From contig NC_027219.1 in the NCBI RefSeq assembly GCF_000981445.1, forward strand, positions 372,001 to 436,000: DNA of 64,000 nt. The letters are read 5' to 3'. Position 1 is the stretch's first letter. Every line of letters begins with the position of its first letter. The notes under the pieces were generated by a model. The model did not search any database and had not been told where the DNA came from. It saw only the letters and a list, made by a program, of their open reading frames with translations. The position numbers and the translations under genes were made by a program. The stretch is from Babesia bigemina (Eukaryota). Below are positions 1 through 12,185 of the stretch, piece after piece.

Positions 1-990
1 CAAATATCGCATCGGTTACGACGTAGGACAACACAAACGCCAGCGCGTGACACCTTGCAATGGTTCGCAGTGCCACTACTGCTGCGTACCTATTCTACCA
101 GCTTACGCGCGCATTCGGTTGAATTGCGCGTTTTGAGGTACAGTCAATTACAAATGTCTAACCATCCGCAATGCGGCTGTACACGGCAGCGGAGCTCCCG
201 CGTCACAAGGGTCGCGTTGCCTTAGTGTACACGCCGTTGCATCAAAGTAGTATCACAGACGCGTCTATAAATTGAGCATCCGAATCACCGTATGAACAGT
301 GCAATAACAAGCCACATAAGCAGACGCGCTCCGTTGGCGGGATGTGCAACGACAGTATTACGGCCTCGGAGAACGATTTTACTCCCCAGCAATACAAATG
401 TAAAATAAAACCACAAATTGACAACTTACTTTATATAGTTTTGAAGGTCTCCGTATCGAGCCGGTGCCGCCTGTTCTTATTGCAGTTGTTAAAGCCGTTT
501 CCTTCGATCCACGTTAGCGCACAGCGAATTATAATAAAAATAAATTGATGCACATACGGTTGCTGCAGTTTCGATTCTCGCGAAAGCTGATTTACTTTCG
601 TATCCTTTCCTTCGAAACACACATCAACTTCGCGGCGGAGAAAGACGCGTAAGCAGCGATATTTCTATCTACATACGCCAGCAACCGGCAACATCGTGTC
701 TTTTGTTTTAGTAAAACTGTGGCGCCGTGATCTACGTCGTACACGGCGTGGTCAACCGTCGTGAGTGGCAGCGGGTGTTAAAGGCTGCTTTACTTGCTGA
801 CTATTTCCAATACCATAGACGATACGATACATTGCCATGTCATCAACGGTGTACAAAGTCGACGATCATCACTGTCGCAGAGGCGGCAAGGAGTTTGTCG
901 TGCCGCTAACCCTATATGTCTACTCCCGGTGTCTGGACTCTGACGCCTCTAGAGTCACTGAAAATGCCGCCCTGAAGGTCTTATTCCGCG

Positions 991-1416
991 ATGCAGCGGG
1001 CTTGTGAGATGGTCGTACCGCTTCTGCGGACGGATGCGGCGAGCCAGTGGTGTCCGTTCCACGCTCTAAATGTGCAGATCTTGCAGCTGTTGCTGAACGA
1101 GGGTTTCATCCGTGGATATTCCGTACACGGCGATCGCATAAATATTCTACTTAAGCATTACAAGGGTGCTCCTGTGCGTCTTTCTATTGTGCAGTCTAAT
1201 TTTGTTTAGGTGATCCGTAACGTGCGTGTGATTTCTAAGCCGAGCCGGGACATCTGGGTGACTCCGCATGAGCTGAAAAGTCGTACGCGTTTCAACACAG
1301 GGCTTTGGGTACTGCAGACGTCGTGTGGCGTGGTCTCCCACCGCGATTGCATCCGCATGGGCATTGGCGGCAAGATGTTGTTCGCAGTTAACAACAACTA
1401 TCAGCACTTCTCATGA
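991..1416 (+). CDS. Organellar (probably mitochondrial) ribosomal protein uS8, 2 exons
   Basis: Removing the 36-nt GT-AG intron 1174-1209 joins two ORFs into ...LLNEGFIRGY...ILLKHYKGAPVIRNVRVISKPSR...LQTSCGVVSHRDCIRMGIGGKML, the bacterial-type S8 signature. The true start is uncertain. Confidence 0.88.
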
Positions 1417-1538
1417 TTTAACTCGCCACAATGATGCCGAATACAGTTGCAAACATTTCCGTAACTAACGCTGGTGAACAATGATTAGGAGATAGCAACG
1501 CTGATGATGTAACGTATACGCGTGTTACCATGCCTGCC

Positions 1539-1690
1539 GCAAAAAATTTATAACTGCAAAGCTTGCAGTCATGATTGGTTCAACGCGTTTCCGCTACCCA
1601 GCAGTGCGGAAACCCTTTTTTAATATAAAGGGCTCCCACCGCCGGTGTTGAGCTTAGGTCTCAGTAGCGGCGATGAATACGCGCCATCTA
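1539..1690 (-). ncRNA. Candidate structured non-coding RNA of unknown family
   Basis: Nested stems 1584-88/1679-83, 1591-97/1664-70, 1598-1606/1637-45, 1612-18/1627-33, a side hairpin 1649-63 and a 10-bp hairpin 1550-72. Four plus-strand A.C mismatches become G.U pairs on the minus strand. It is followed by AAAUUUUUUG. Confidence 0.5.
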
Positions 1691-2161
1691 AGCTAAGACA
1701 GACGTGCACCAAACGCTCCGACAGACGTTACACCGTATAAAGTTTGTTATTTGACCCGTATGAAACGGCATCAACAAAGAATCTTTTCGTTAATTTTTAA
1801 CGCAGAACAAGGCACACAGGTTCACCATTTATGAAAACGTGGTATGTGTCAATAACACAGACGGTTGATAACGAATGAATTTAAAATTTGTATGCAATTC
1901 GCGATAATATTTTTGAGCATTTCTTCCGCAGCGCTCTGCCATAGAGCGGTCAGACGCCCCCCGCGACGGCGCATTGGAATCTTCATCGCAACGGCGTATC
2001 AGTTGCGCATATTTACATATACGTTAACAACTGCGCTGTCGACTCTGTTTTATATCTTCCATGTAGCGTCTGGTGGTTTATTGTCTACGTCCAAACCTGC
2101 GCACCACCTTAAGCCGCCGATGCGAACATCGCCACTACCCATCGGTTGACCTACTGTTAAG

Positions 2162-3925
2162 ATGGGTGAAAGCAGAGAAGACGACAATGTCCCGCCGCGC
2201 AGCCCGCCTTCTACGCTGGAACACCGCGAGAGCAAGGTGCGTCGCGTCGGCAGCCGTGAGAATTCACCAGAGCGCGGTATGGACAATGGTCACGTCGGCG
2301 CGGACGTTTCAGACGCTCCTGCGTCGCGTACAACCGGCCGCCTGGGTGGAATATACATTCCCCCTTTTAAGCTGGTTGCTCTGCAGCGGGAGGTCGCTGC
2401 CGACGGGTCAGTTGCATACCAGCGCCAAGAATGGGAGAAGCTAAAGAAGAAGATCAATGCCGTAGTGAATAAGCTCACCTGTACCAACGTGTCGGATCTC
2501 GTTGTTGAGTTGTTGGAGTGCAATCTCATTCGTGGTCGCGGACTGCTGGCTCGCAGCTGGATCCGCGCACAGATGGCATCGCCAGGTTTCACGGACATAT
2601 ATGTCTCCTTCCTGTCTGTGCTGAACTCGAAGTTTCCGGAGATAGGCAACTTGGTTTTGCGCCGCATAATCCTGCAATTCCGCAGGGCATTCCGTAAGAA
2701 CGACCGCATCCTGTGCCAGACTGTGGCCAAGTCTCTGGCGCACCTGGTGAACTACAGGGTGGCTCATGAAGTTTTGGCGCTGCAGTTTTTGGCCATTCTG
2801 TTGGAGAATCCCACGGATGATTCCGTGGATGTCGCAGCGGGTTTTTTGGAGGACGTCGGCAATTTTCTGGTTGATGAAGCTAAACAGGCTCTTGAGGCGA
2901 TATTCGACCGTTTCAAGCAGATATTAAGTTCAGGCAAAATCGACAAAAAGACCCAGTATACTATCGAGGCGCTGTGGAAGTCCTTCCGCAATAAGTTCGC
3001 CGACAAGCCTGCCGTGAGACCTGAACTTGATCTGGTTGAACTCGAGGACCAGATTACGCACGACCTCGACTTTTTAGACGAAACCATAACGTCGGACGAG
3101 ATGCTTAACGTGTTCCAGCCTGTAGAACCGCAAGTATACACGGAAGAGCAAGAGAAGTGGGAACGCATCCGCAACCAGTTGATGGGTGTTGACGAGTCGG
3201 ATGCCGGCGGCGCAGAGAGCGACTCTAGCGTCGATTCCGAAGCGGAAGATAATGATGATGGATCAGTCGCAGGTGACGATAATGCGACTGGTGGCGCGAC
3301 TACGGTCATTCGGGATTCCACCGGCCAAGACTTGGTGAATCTGCGCAAGACCGTGTACCTATGCATAATGTCGTCCCTCAACTACGAGGAGTGCGTTCAC
3401 AAGTTGCTGAAGCTGAACGTTCGTGAGGGAAGCGAAATAGAGATTTGCACGATGCTTATTGACTGCTGCGCGATGGAGCGCACGTTTCAGTCGTTTTACG
3501 CACTGCAGGCGGAACGTTTGTGCAAGTTGCGCATAGTCTACGCGCAGAACTTTCAGGAATGCTTTGCGAAGCAGTACCAGCTGATACACCGCCTGGAAAC
3601 CGCGAAGTTGCGCAACGTCGCCAAGTTCTTCGCCCACCTCCTTGCCACTGACGCCATAAGTTGGTCGGTGCTCTCTATCATAGTTTTGACCGAATCTGGC
3701 ACCACGTCAAGTGGGCGCATTTTCGTGAAAATAATGTTGCAGGAACTCTGCCACACGTTGGGAATACGGAGCCTTGGCGAGAAGCTGCACAACGCCGATA
3801 TTGCGCCTCACCTGACAGGGATTTTCCCGCGTGACAACCCTGCGAACATTCGCTTCGCCATCAACTTCCTGACGGCAATTGGTTTGGAGGCTCTGACTGG
3901 CGAGTTGCGCAAGCGCCTCAGGTAG
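2162..3925 (+). CDS. CWC22: Pre-mRNA splicing factor CWC22 (MIF4G + MA3 domains)
   Basis: GGIYIPPFKL, NLIRGRGLLARS, AQMASPGFT, LRKTVYLCIMSSLNYEECVHKLL, KLRNVAKFFAHLL, RFAINFLTAIGL. A short terminal intron near 3922-3946 is possible. Confidence 0.95.
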   Translation: MGESREDDNVPPRSPPSTLEHRESKVRRVGSRENSPERGMDNGHVGADVSDAPASRTTGRLGGIYIPPFKLVALQREVAADGSVAYQRQEWEKLKKKINAVVNKLTCTNVSDLVVELLECNLIRGRGLLARSWIRAQMASPGFTDIYVSFLSVLNSKFPEIGNLVLRRIILQFRRAFRKNDRILCQTVAKSLAHLVNYRVAHEVLALQFLAILLENPTDDSVDVAAGFLEDVGNFLVDEAKQALEAIFDRFKQILSSGKIDKKTQYTIEALWKSFRNKFADKPAVRPELDLVELEDQITHDLDFLDETITSDEMLNVFQPVEPQVYTEEQEKWERIRNQLMGVDESDAGGAESDSSVDSEAEDNDDGSVAGDDNATGGATTVIRDSTGQDLVNLRKTVYLCIMSSLNYEECVHKLLKLNVREGSEIEICTMLIDCCAMERTFQSFYALQAERLCKLRIVYAQNFQECFAKQYQLIHRLETAKLRNVAKFFAHLLATDAISWSVLSIIVLTESGTTSSGRIFVKIMLQELCHTLGIRSLGEKLHNADIAPHLTGIFPRDNPANIRFAINFLTAIGLEALTGELRKRLR

Positions 3926-4201
3926 TCCCAGTCGGTCGCACGTTAGTTCCCCCAAAACATCAACGCCACCCGTCGGGACGGATTGAAGCCGCCAAACTAG
4001 CACCCATAAACCGCTGAAGGATACGCACCTTTAGCAACAGCCAAATATCATTAAATCGCAACGTAATTCGTTTTTGCTACATCGCCGCCGTTCGCATGCG
4101 ATACGTGTGACCCGCCTTTGCGCAGATGTCACTGCGTCGGCGTAGCGATTGCGATCTTTTCGCACAGCAAAAGTATCGTACAGAATGTAACCGGGGTCGG
4201 G

Positions 4202-5260
4202 TCACTTAGTGGGCGTGTGCTCCGCCTTTCCGCGGTTGTCTCGCTGCAGCTGGCGTCTGTATTGCTTGCCAGCGGAGGTGTTGCTCCTGATGCTTTCGCT
4301 CCGGCCGCCGCAAATGGAAGGACCCCCGCCAGTGTTAGGGTATACGCAATGCTCCTCCCCCTTTTTCAGTTGAACTTTCAGGTACTTGCCTGCTACATTG
4401 AACCCGTTCATGCTTTTGATCGCATTCAACGCAGAGAGCGGATTGTCGTAGGAGATGAACCCGAAACCTTTGTTGCGCCCCGCGCTGTCTCGTTGTACCC
4501 GTGCGCTCAGCACGGTCCCAAACTGCTGAAAATTCAGTACGAAGTCCGCATCGTCCCATTCGGCAGGCAGGTGGAACACGAAGAGGTTGGATCCTGGAGG
4601 TCCGAATAGGGTGTTGCCGACCACCGGCCTAGCCACGGGCACCTGGTGTTCCATCTCCAATGGTCGACGCCACTGCGTCTGTCCAGTGCGCATATTGTAG
4701 TAATAGGGGATTCCATCGGCGTTGGTGAACTGCTGCCAATATCCGGCAGCCATCACAGGTCCGCTGTGGGTGCTGCAGGTCGCCTTGAGGCTATCAGGCG
4801 GATTCCGTGTCGTCACAACTTGCGCTTTGCACGGCTCTTCCAACCCCTATGAAGCGGTGAATGCGCCAAGCTTAGGTCGCACTATCTTACCTCGAAGTAC
4901 AACTTGCCATCTATGGCCTCCACGGCGGCTGCGCCATCATCTCGATCTGTGTACGTCGCAAATGCCCAACCGCTGGAGCCTTGGTTTAGGTCAGGCATAT
5001 AGAACGTTGACGTAAGCCCTCCGAACTTAGAAAGCTCCCACCGAAGTTTTTCCTGCGAGTTTTGACACACCGCTCCTAAGTTTTACCTCAGTGATGGCAG
5101 CAGGGATACCTCCGATGAAGATTTTCACATCTTTCCCAAGCGCATAGTTGTACGTGTTCGCCATTTTGTGAAGTACGCTGCCTATCGCGGCAGCAGGTGT
5201 GTCTAAGTCCAAGACCCCCTCAAAGCGCTCCCATTCGGCTAGGGTCAGATTCTGCGGCAT
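4202..5260 (-). CDS. CELF/FCA-like RNA-binding protein (RRM-WW-RRM), 3 exons
   Basis: RRM (KIFIGGIP...GWAFATY), WW domain (YWQQFTNADGIPYYYNMRTGQTQWRRP) and a CELF-type C-terminal RRM (GPPGSNLFVFHLP...KGFGFISYD). Introns 5053-5086 and 4847-4890. Confidence 0.85.
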
Positions 5261-5841
5261 CGCCACACCGCACAGTCACACATTGGAGCAATGTCCACTT
5301 AAAGCACGGAATAATGTGCACACACCTTTGATTGAGTCCTCCATCCACAGCCTTCCACCCTTTTAGACCCCATTGCGCGCGACGTTAGAAACATAACGGT
5401 ACACACTCGCGCCCATACTGCTGCGTGACACCATTACGGCGGCTGATGTTGCGGAACTGCGCCTTGCAGAGTATAAGCCCCGTCACCAGGCGCTGAAAAC
5501 GGGGTTGCGTTTACGTCTCTCGTACCCGGCTGAGCAACATGCCTCCGTTGCAGCATTAGGAGCGAAGGTGTACATTTTTACGAGTTGCTACACGCTGTAA
5601 ACGCTATTCTCACGCCAACGAATCGCTGCTTCATCGATGTTAATTCTCGCATTTTGCAGTTGTGTAATGTGTAGCTGTGTATTATGCGAATGGGCATGCA
5701 GCTCGCCAAACGCTTTGAGCTCCTTTGAAGTTTGGCCCCGGAGAGCATAGTACGCATTGAAGTGGCTCGTAGTACTATGTACGTGGTTTATTTGGGAGGT
5801 ACCCATTTGCTCTACCTTTGCTTATAACCTTCGTGACGAGA

Positions 5842-8283
5842 ATGGGTGGCGTAGACGGGGTGAACCCGTCGTTGTTGGCCCACGACGAATCAAGCTCCTG
5901 TTGCGCGACGTTTATCGGCCCCAGGGATTTCAGCCACATAGTTGATCCGGATACGTTCGAAACGGATGTCCGTGATGCGATGGCCAACATGCCTCATTTT
6001 TTGACTCTGTACAGTAAGTTTGATAACGTTACAGCGATCGATTGTTTACGCTCCCGTGTACGCGAAAACAGCGCCCATATCTTTCGGCCCTGGTGGTATG
6101 CCCTCGCTTTTAAAAACCCGTGCTTGGAGCGTCTGTTTGCATTGAATGTAAGCTATCGAGCATCACGGTCAATACTGGCTAACTGCCTGATTATACCAAT
6201 TATGGCGTTTGTGAGGAGCCTAATGAAAACTTTGATGAAGAGGAACGTTATAAACGGTCAAGATTTTACACCTTTGTTACATTACTTCACGGTTGCTGTC
6301 ATTCTGAGCGCCGTCCTGCTAACTCTCCCGACGTTGATGTTACAAAACAAAGTGAAGCACCAAACGGAGACCATGTGTTACGCGACTTACAGTCTGATGC
6401 TGCTGCTATGGGGAGTTCTGCACTATCTGTTCCGGGATCTAGTGTATCAGATGGAGGGGGCGCCTAGCGAACGGTGGATGATGGAGTTACTCACGTGGAT
6501 ATCGTTGCTGTTATTCGGTCTTGGTTTCATCGCCATTCTTTTCAATGTGATGAAGTTAAGGTATGTTGCGCGTTATTTTCGCCCTAATGTCTCCCAGGTG
6601 CTGCATTGGCCAATATGTGCTCGTCTTCCACCTGATCTGCCATTTCATCGCTACAATCACAATACTGTCGAAGCACTCGCAAGATATACTCTGGTTTGAC
6701 GGGTATGAATTTAATTTCGGCCATTCATTTTTGTCAGGCTTGTTCGCCTCTTGATGTACATCACGTTCACTGCATTCTCCTACTGGTTGTTGTACACTTC
6801 TGAGTTCGAGATGCGAATACGTTTTCTGATTTGGCTCTCAACCTATTTGTCGAGGAACGTCATGGGTACCAGTTGCACCAACGTGAACCAATTCGTGACG
6901 GCTGCCGAACGGCTGCACGATGGCTTGCAGGAGTGTAAAGACATGCTCCTGGCTATCCGGTCGGAAGGTGACCTCCGAAGTGCCGACTCTAAGCAGCGCA
7001 TGTCGAAGATTGGAGAGACACTGGAGGCCTGCATGCAACAATTGAGATCTGGTGATAACTTGTACGGACTCAGTTATGGCGACCTTGAGGTTCGCGATGA
7101 GCAGCTCGAGGTCATCGACGCTTATCTGTGGAGCACAAAGGACAGGTTCAGCTCGCAGCTTACTACTCTACGCGGCAGTGCTGACACGAATTACGTTTCA
7201 CGGTCATCTCTGAGCTTCCCCGTGTATAGCGCCCCGTCGCCGCCTCTACAAATCACCCCCTTCGAGGATGTGGCGTACAACGTTTTGGTTAGCGATTGGA
7301 ACTTCGACGTTCTCAACCATTTCGCGACGACCGATCAAGCGTTCCTGTCAATTGGTTGCGGAATGTTGTATCAGTTTGAAATGCTGCACAACGTGGACAG
7401 AACTACCATCGTATCGTTCTTGAGTCGCTTGGAAAGCTTCTACCTAGACGTTCCGTATCACAACAAGATGCACGGCGCAATGGTGGCGCAAAAGCTGCTC
7501 TGTCTGGCAAATTATATCCACATGCTGGAACACTTGAACCCTTTAGACGAGGCGTTGCTGATCGTGTCTGCGTTGGCCCATGACGTCGGCCACCCTGCTC
7601 GCAACAATTCCTTTTTCGTCCGCACGCAGCACCCCGTAGCACAACTGTACAACGATATCGCAGTGCTGGAGAACTATCACGCGGCCAACACGTTCCGGAT
7701 TCTGAGCACAGCCGGGTGCAACGTATTCGCAGATTTTGATTACGAATACGTCAGGTCGCAGATCATTGGCTTGATTTTGGCCACTGACACCGTGGACAAC
7801 TTCCAGATGATTTCCCAATTCGTCCTAATGCGCAGCAGCGAGGAATTCACTTTCGAAGACCTGAAGACGCGTATGTTGACAAGTAAGATGTTGATAAAGG
7901 CCGCTGACGTTGCTGCCCCCACGATGCCTTGGGCGATAAGTCAGGAGTGGGTGAGCCGTCTGTTGGGCGAGTTCTATGCGCAAGGTGCTGAGGAGGCTGC
8001 TCTGGGTCTACCTATATCAGCACTATGCGACCGCACACACCACCAACAGGCTGCCAAGTCCCAGGCTGCTTTCCTCAAGATCGTCGTTTCGCCACTATAC
8101 AGGTCGATATTGCCGCTGGGTTCCGTGGAATTGGACCAAATTATGCGCCAGGTTGAAAGCAATATCGAGCGTTGGACAGGTATGGACACCGCCGGCGACA
8201 CAATACATTGCATTGAGTGCGATGATGCAAAGGCAAACCTGGATGTCTCTTTCGTGTTGGATTATTTATCACATAAAGCATAA
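5842..8283 (+). CDS. Class I cyclic nucleotide phosphodiesterase with N-terminal transmembrane region
   Basis: YHNKMH, HDVGHPARNNSF, LENYHA, ATD, KAADV, EFYAQG, SQAAF catalytic motifs and a hydrophobic N-terminal half. Introns 6561-6597 and 6703-6737 join the two long ORFs. Confidence 0.92.
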
Positions 8284-9285
8284 TCCCCCTGCTTCGTTGG
8301 TAGAGGAACATTATACAACAGAACTTTGCGTTAAAATGCGTCTTGTAGGCGCTGCGAATGTGGTAACCTTCATGTTTCCTACTATGTCATGTTATATTGG
8401 TTAGCGCCAGTGGGCTTTCCTGGCCTATGAAGCATTGTAAGCAGTGCGGGCGACATTTTAATTCGTGATGTGTATCTGGGACTACCTATACGATAGTGGT
8501 ATGCCAAAAGATGCCTGAGCCGCACGCATACAGGACTCGTAGGCGCAAGGGCAATGCGGTGATTTGCGGGTGGGGCCCAACAATTTACCTGGAATCAGTG
8601 ACATCAACGACGTAACTAATGGTCATACGCTGTAATAGGCCATGCAGATGCGCCGCCACGTTTATGCGTGCATCGGTGACATCGGCCTACGGATTACAAC
8701 CAGACTTGCTCTTGTCCACTATACGGTGTTATCACGGTTTGACCAGGAAAAGTGACTCGACCGTCACTGCATTTACGACACCTCAGAAACAATTGTTGAT
8801 GGTTATCGTGCTATTCATAATGTACAGCGTACATCACGCTACTCCAAAGACAATTATACCCATCGGCTGAAGTCTTTAGAAAGTGTGAACCGCATTGCTG
8901 CGAAAGCAGCATGCAAGTCGTTTGCCGACATAACGGTATTGATTCACACAGTGATAGTGAATTCCGGAATTTTATATGAAGTGAGACCGCCTTAAGTGAA
9001 TTAAAATCCACAGCGCGCCTACGTTGCCTTCCGTAATCCGCAGGTTTTCCTCAATGAGAGCCGTGGTAGGCCCGCATTTAGATATCCCAGTGGCAACTTC
9101 GAGTTTCAATAGCAGTTACGTCCCATTTGAGACATTCCTTGCGGCCGAAAGTGCAGCGGACATGCCCCTTGTCACAACATAGCAGTCTCCAGGGGATAAT
9201 TCCCCGTTTATTCACCCGTGTTTGCCATTTTCAGGACGGCTGCTGGCCACCTTGTTGGATTAGCAATTACGTAGCCGTGTATTAA

Positions 9286-10128
9286 TCAAGAGACGATGCG
9301 GAAATGTTCATTCATAGTGGAGAGCTTATAGAGCGCATCGATTGCCTCGCTGTTTTCTTCATTTTTGTTGGCCAGTATTTCATCCCACATTTTTTGGATT
9401 AGCTCATTCGCGCGTTTCTGGAAGAGTTGCGGGTAGTAGAAGGAAACGTCTTCTATCACCCTTTCAATAGCAGAGAACGTGGATTTAAATTCTTCTGCTC
9501 CCCATAGTTGCAACCGGGCTCCAAGTATCTCTCCTGGTTCAATTGACCTACTATTTAAGTTCAAGCTTTTGTATACCATATGCAGCGGCCCTATCCAAAT
9601 CTTGGGGAATTCGATGAGTATTCTATCATCAATATCTTCGTGGTCGAGTTTGAAGTCGCCTTCTTCATTCTTCCTTCTCAATAACTTCTCCATAAAGTTG
9701 CTGAAAATTTTACAGCGGTCTAGCACAGATTTCACTTGTTCGTAGATAGTTTTGAAGTCGACGTGTGCTGGCAACTCCTTTCCCTTGAGCACCACCTCCA
9801 TGTCCGATACTGTATTGTTCCCGAGGTGAAGGTCGTACTCGGTTACACCAAACATAGCAGCCACATTTAATATCGCACGATTCACATCATTGGCCATGGA
9901 TTCGACACTACTAGTATCTCTCCTGTTGAGCGTAGCCGGAGCCGATTCCTCGATGTATTTCGAAACCTTCACGCAGTGTCGCAGAAGCCCTACCGTTGCC
10001 ACCGCATATGCCCTTTTCAGCACATCATGGGTAGGAGTATCTTGTAGGTAGTAAGGCGCGTCGGCGGATAAAATGACGGCGGGGATTAATACGGCCGCAG
10101 CCAGCACGTGGCGCACCTTGACCATCAT
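9286..10128 (-). CDS. Hypothetical secreted protein, ~280 aa
   Basis: Intronless ORF with a signal-peptide-like start (MMVKVRHVLAAAVLIPAVILSA); no family recognised. Confidence 0.75.
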   Translation of the reverse strand: MMVKVRHVLAAAVLIPAVILSADAPYYLQDTPTHDVLKRAYAVATVGLLRHCVKVSKYIEESAPATLNRRDTSSVESMANDVNRAILNVAAMFGVTEYDLHLGNNTVSDMEVVLKGKELPAHVDFKTIYEQVKSVLDRCKIFSNFMEKLLRRKNEEGDFKLDHEDIDDRILIEFPKIWIGPLHMVYKSLNLNSRSIEPGEILGARLQLWGAEEFKSTFSAIERVIEDVSFYYPQLFQKRANELIQKMWDEILANKNEENSEAIDALYKLSTMNEHFRIVS

Positions 10129-11222
10129 ATTGCCGTTATCTGGAATGCGAAACACAAACCCTTCCGTTAATTTTTTAAAAGTTCAATGCACCACTACCTA
10201 TATTCACTTGATATATCGTCGCCTGCAATTTTTTTGTTTGACAAGTTACAGCCCCGCTGCCTGTTTCACCGTGGCACCTGCAGGTAGGAAAATGTTTCCA
10301 CGTCCAGCAGCAACATTTCGGCGGTAGATGCACCATCCATCACTAGTAGTACATATATTTTAAAATGAGTTTCTGTTTGTCCGTATAATTTTTTTCGTTA
10401 GCAAAATGTGCTTCTACTGTAATCCATCGTCGAGCATATCTTCTATAAAAAGTCAGCGATACTGGCAGGACGGTTAGATGTGTATCCTTCATAGCTTAAA
10501 CAAATGTATGCTTCACGTAATGAACGGTTACGCATATTTCACAATTTAGAGATACCCGTGTCTAACATTCCCGTGGGCTGATATCAATTCGTACTTGTGC
10601 TTAACGCGCACGCAAGCAACACCGCGTGGCCGTAGTACAAGTGGTTTGTACCCATCTGAAACAAACCATCACGACGTATTCAGTAGCAATTTGTGGCGTG
10701 CGTAGTCGTCTGGTTCCACCGTGTACGTCATGCTAAAGCGGCAGTTTTGTTCAAAAATTCTCTATGGTCAATACGATTATAATAACCAGACCCTCACCAC
10801 GCAGTTACATGCTGTGCAAAATTGAAATCTGCCGACCGGTTGACCGATTTTCCTTCCATTTCGGTCACCAAGTTCGCATACTTCCGTTAGTCGAAAATCT
10901 TCGTGTCCACAAGTTCGCCTTCATTCGTTATTCGCATCGCCACGACGGCAATGATATAGTTGCGCCGGCATAGGGCGATGATTTTCAGTGGATTGCGCTC
11001 CGCGACCTTCTGAGTGGGTCCCGTAGTCGTGACTCGGTGACCCCTTCTGTTACAGCAGGTGTGGGCAACTTCTACAGCGGAAAATGCACTTTAACAAATT
11101 AATTTTGCACAACGCATTCCTTGTCATTAAAATGTTACGATGTCTACGATGCGGGTGCTACCAGCTCCCTTGCTTAAATGATATCATACAGCGGGAATGC
11201 GGTCGTCGCCTGCTGGCGGCGG

Positions 11223-12185
11223 TTATATCTTTAAAATGGCGAAGATAGGCTGATGGTCACTCGCGTGATGAATGGGCTGCGGCTTGGATAGGCAGCTGCT
11301 GATTGAGCTCCCGCCTACGTATATTGGCTCCTTAAGGGAGTCCCTCACGACGGTCTGCGGCTGCAACACCTCAACTTGGGGGGGCTTGAAGATGTAGTCG
11401 TACACATCGTCGTATTCATCCGGACGCTGCTGATACCTGCAGAAGTCGTTTATCCGGGTGCTGAACGTGGGCTGAATGCCCTCAAATCCGAACGCGGTTT
11501 CCAACTCGCCCCTGAACGCACTGAAAACTTCCCAGAATTTGTCATGCTGGTTTTTGATGCAGCAATTCAAATCACCGAGCAAAACAATGGGGACGCCCTC
11601 CTCTCCGTTTCGTCTCGGATTCAAACGTCCTTTCCGGCCGAACAGGGTTCCCATCCACTCACGCAACTCGGCCATCTGAGCCACCCTGACAGTGTGGGCC
11701 ATCTTCTCTCTGAACGTCTGCAAATGGGTGCCGACCACGTCAATCAGGCGGTTGTTGACCGAGATGCGTGTCGCCACGGCGCCCTTTGCCGCGTAGACGT
11801 CGGTGTATACGCCGTCTGAGTACAGCAGCTTTTCTCTATTCAGGATAGGATGCTTTGAGAAAATGATGACTCCGGATCCTATGATATTGACTGTGCGCAG
11901 CACACGATCCCAAAAACCTTTCCAACCCGATTTGGTGAAGGGATTTGGAAGGATGCCGCTGTCCAATCCCATGTAGTCCTTAAGAGCCTTCTTGACTTCG
12001 TTGTAGAGCGTGTACGAAAACATCTCCTGGCAAACAAGGACATCCACGTTGTATCTTCTCACGACATGGGACACGTATTGCGCTATGGCACTGATTCTGG
12101 AATCCAGGTCGGCTATCGGGAGCAGGAAGGAGGGGATTCCCTGGACATTGTAGCTCATGAGGGTAACAGGCACTAGCTGCGCCAT
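11223..12185 (-). CDS. Endonuclease/exonuclease/phosphatase-family protein, neutral sphingomyelinase-like
   Basis: LMSYNV, VCQEMF, GVIIFSKHPI, AAKGAV, VGTHLQ, LLGDLN, YDYIF, ASDHQP motifs. Confidence 0.85.
   Translation of the reverse strand: MAQLVPVTLMSYNVQGIPSFLLPIADLDSRISAIAQYVSHVVRRYNVDVLVCQEMFSYTLYNEVKKALKDYMGLDSGILPNPFTKSGWKGFWDRVLRTVNIIGSGVIIFSKHPILNREKLLYSDGVYTDVYAAKGAVATRISVNNRLIDVVGTHLQTFREKMAHTVRVAQMAELREWMGTLFGRKGRLNPRRNGEEGVPIVLLGDLNCCIKNQHDKFWEVFSAFRGELETAFGFEGIQPTFSTRINDFCRYQQRPDEYDDVYDYIFKPPQVEVLQPQTVVRDSLKEPIYVGGSSISSCLSKPQPIHHASDHQPIFAILKI

Noticed and set aside
1430..1504. SECIS element or C/D snoRNA in the uS8 3' region
   Set aside because: ATGA...AAA...GA spacing does not fit SECIS geometry, and I have no evidence for selenocysteine machinery in this lineage. 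The C/D-like boxes have no recognisable rRNA guide.
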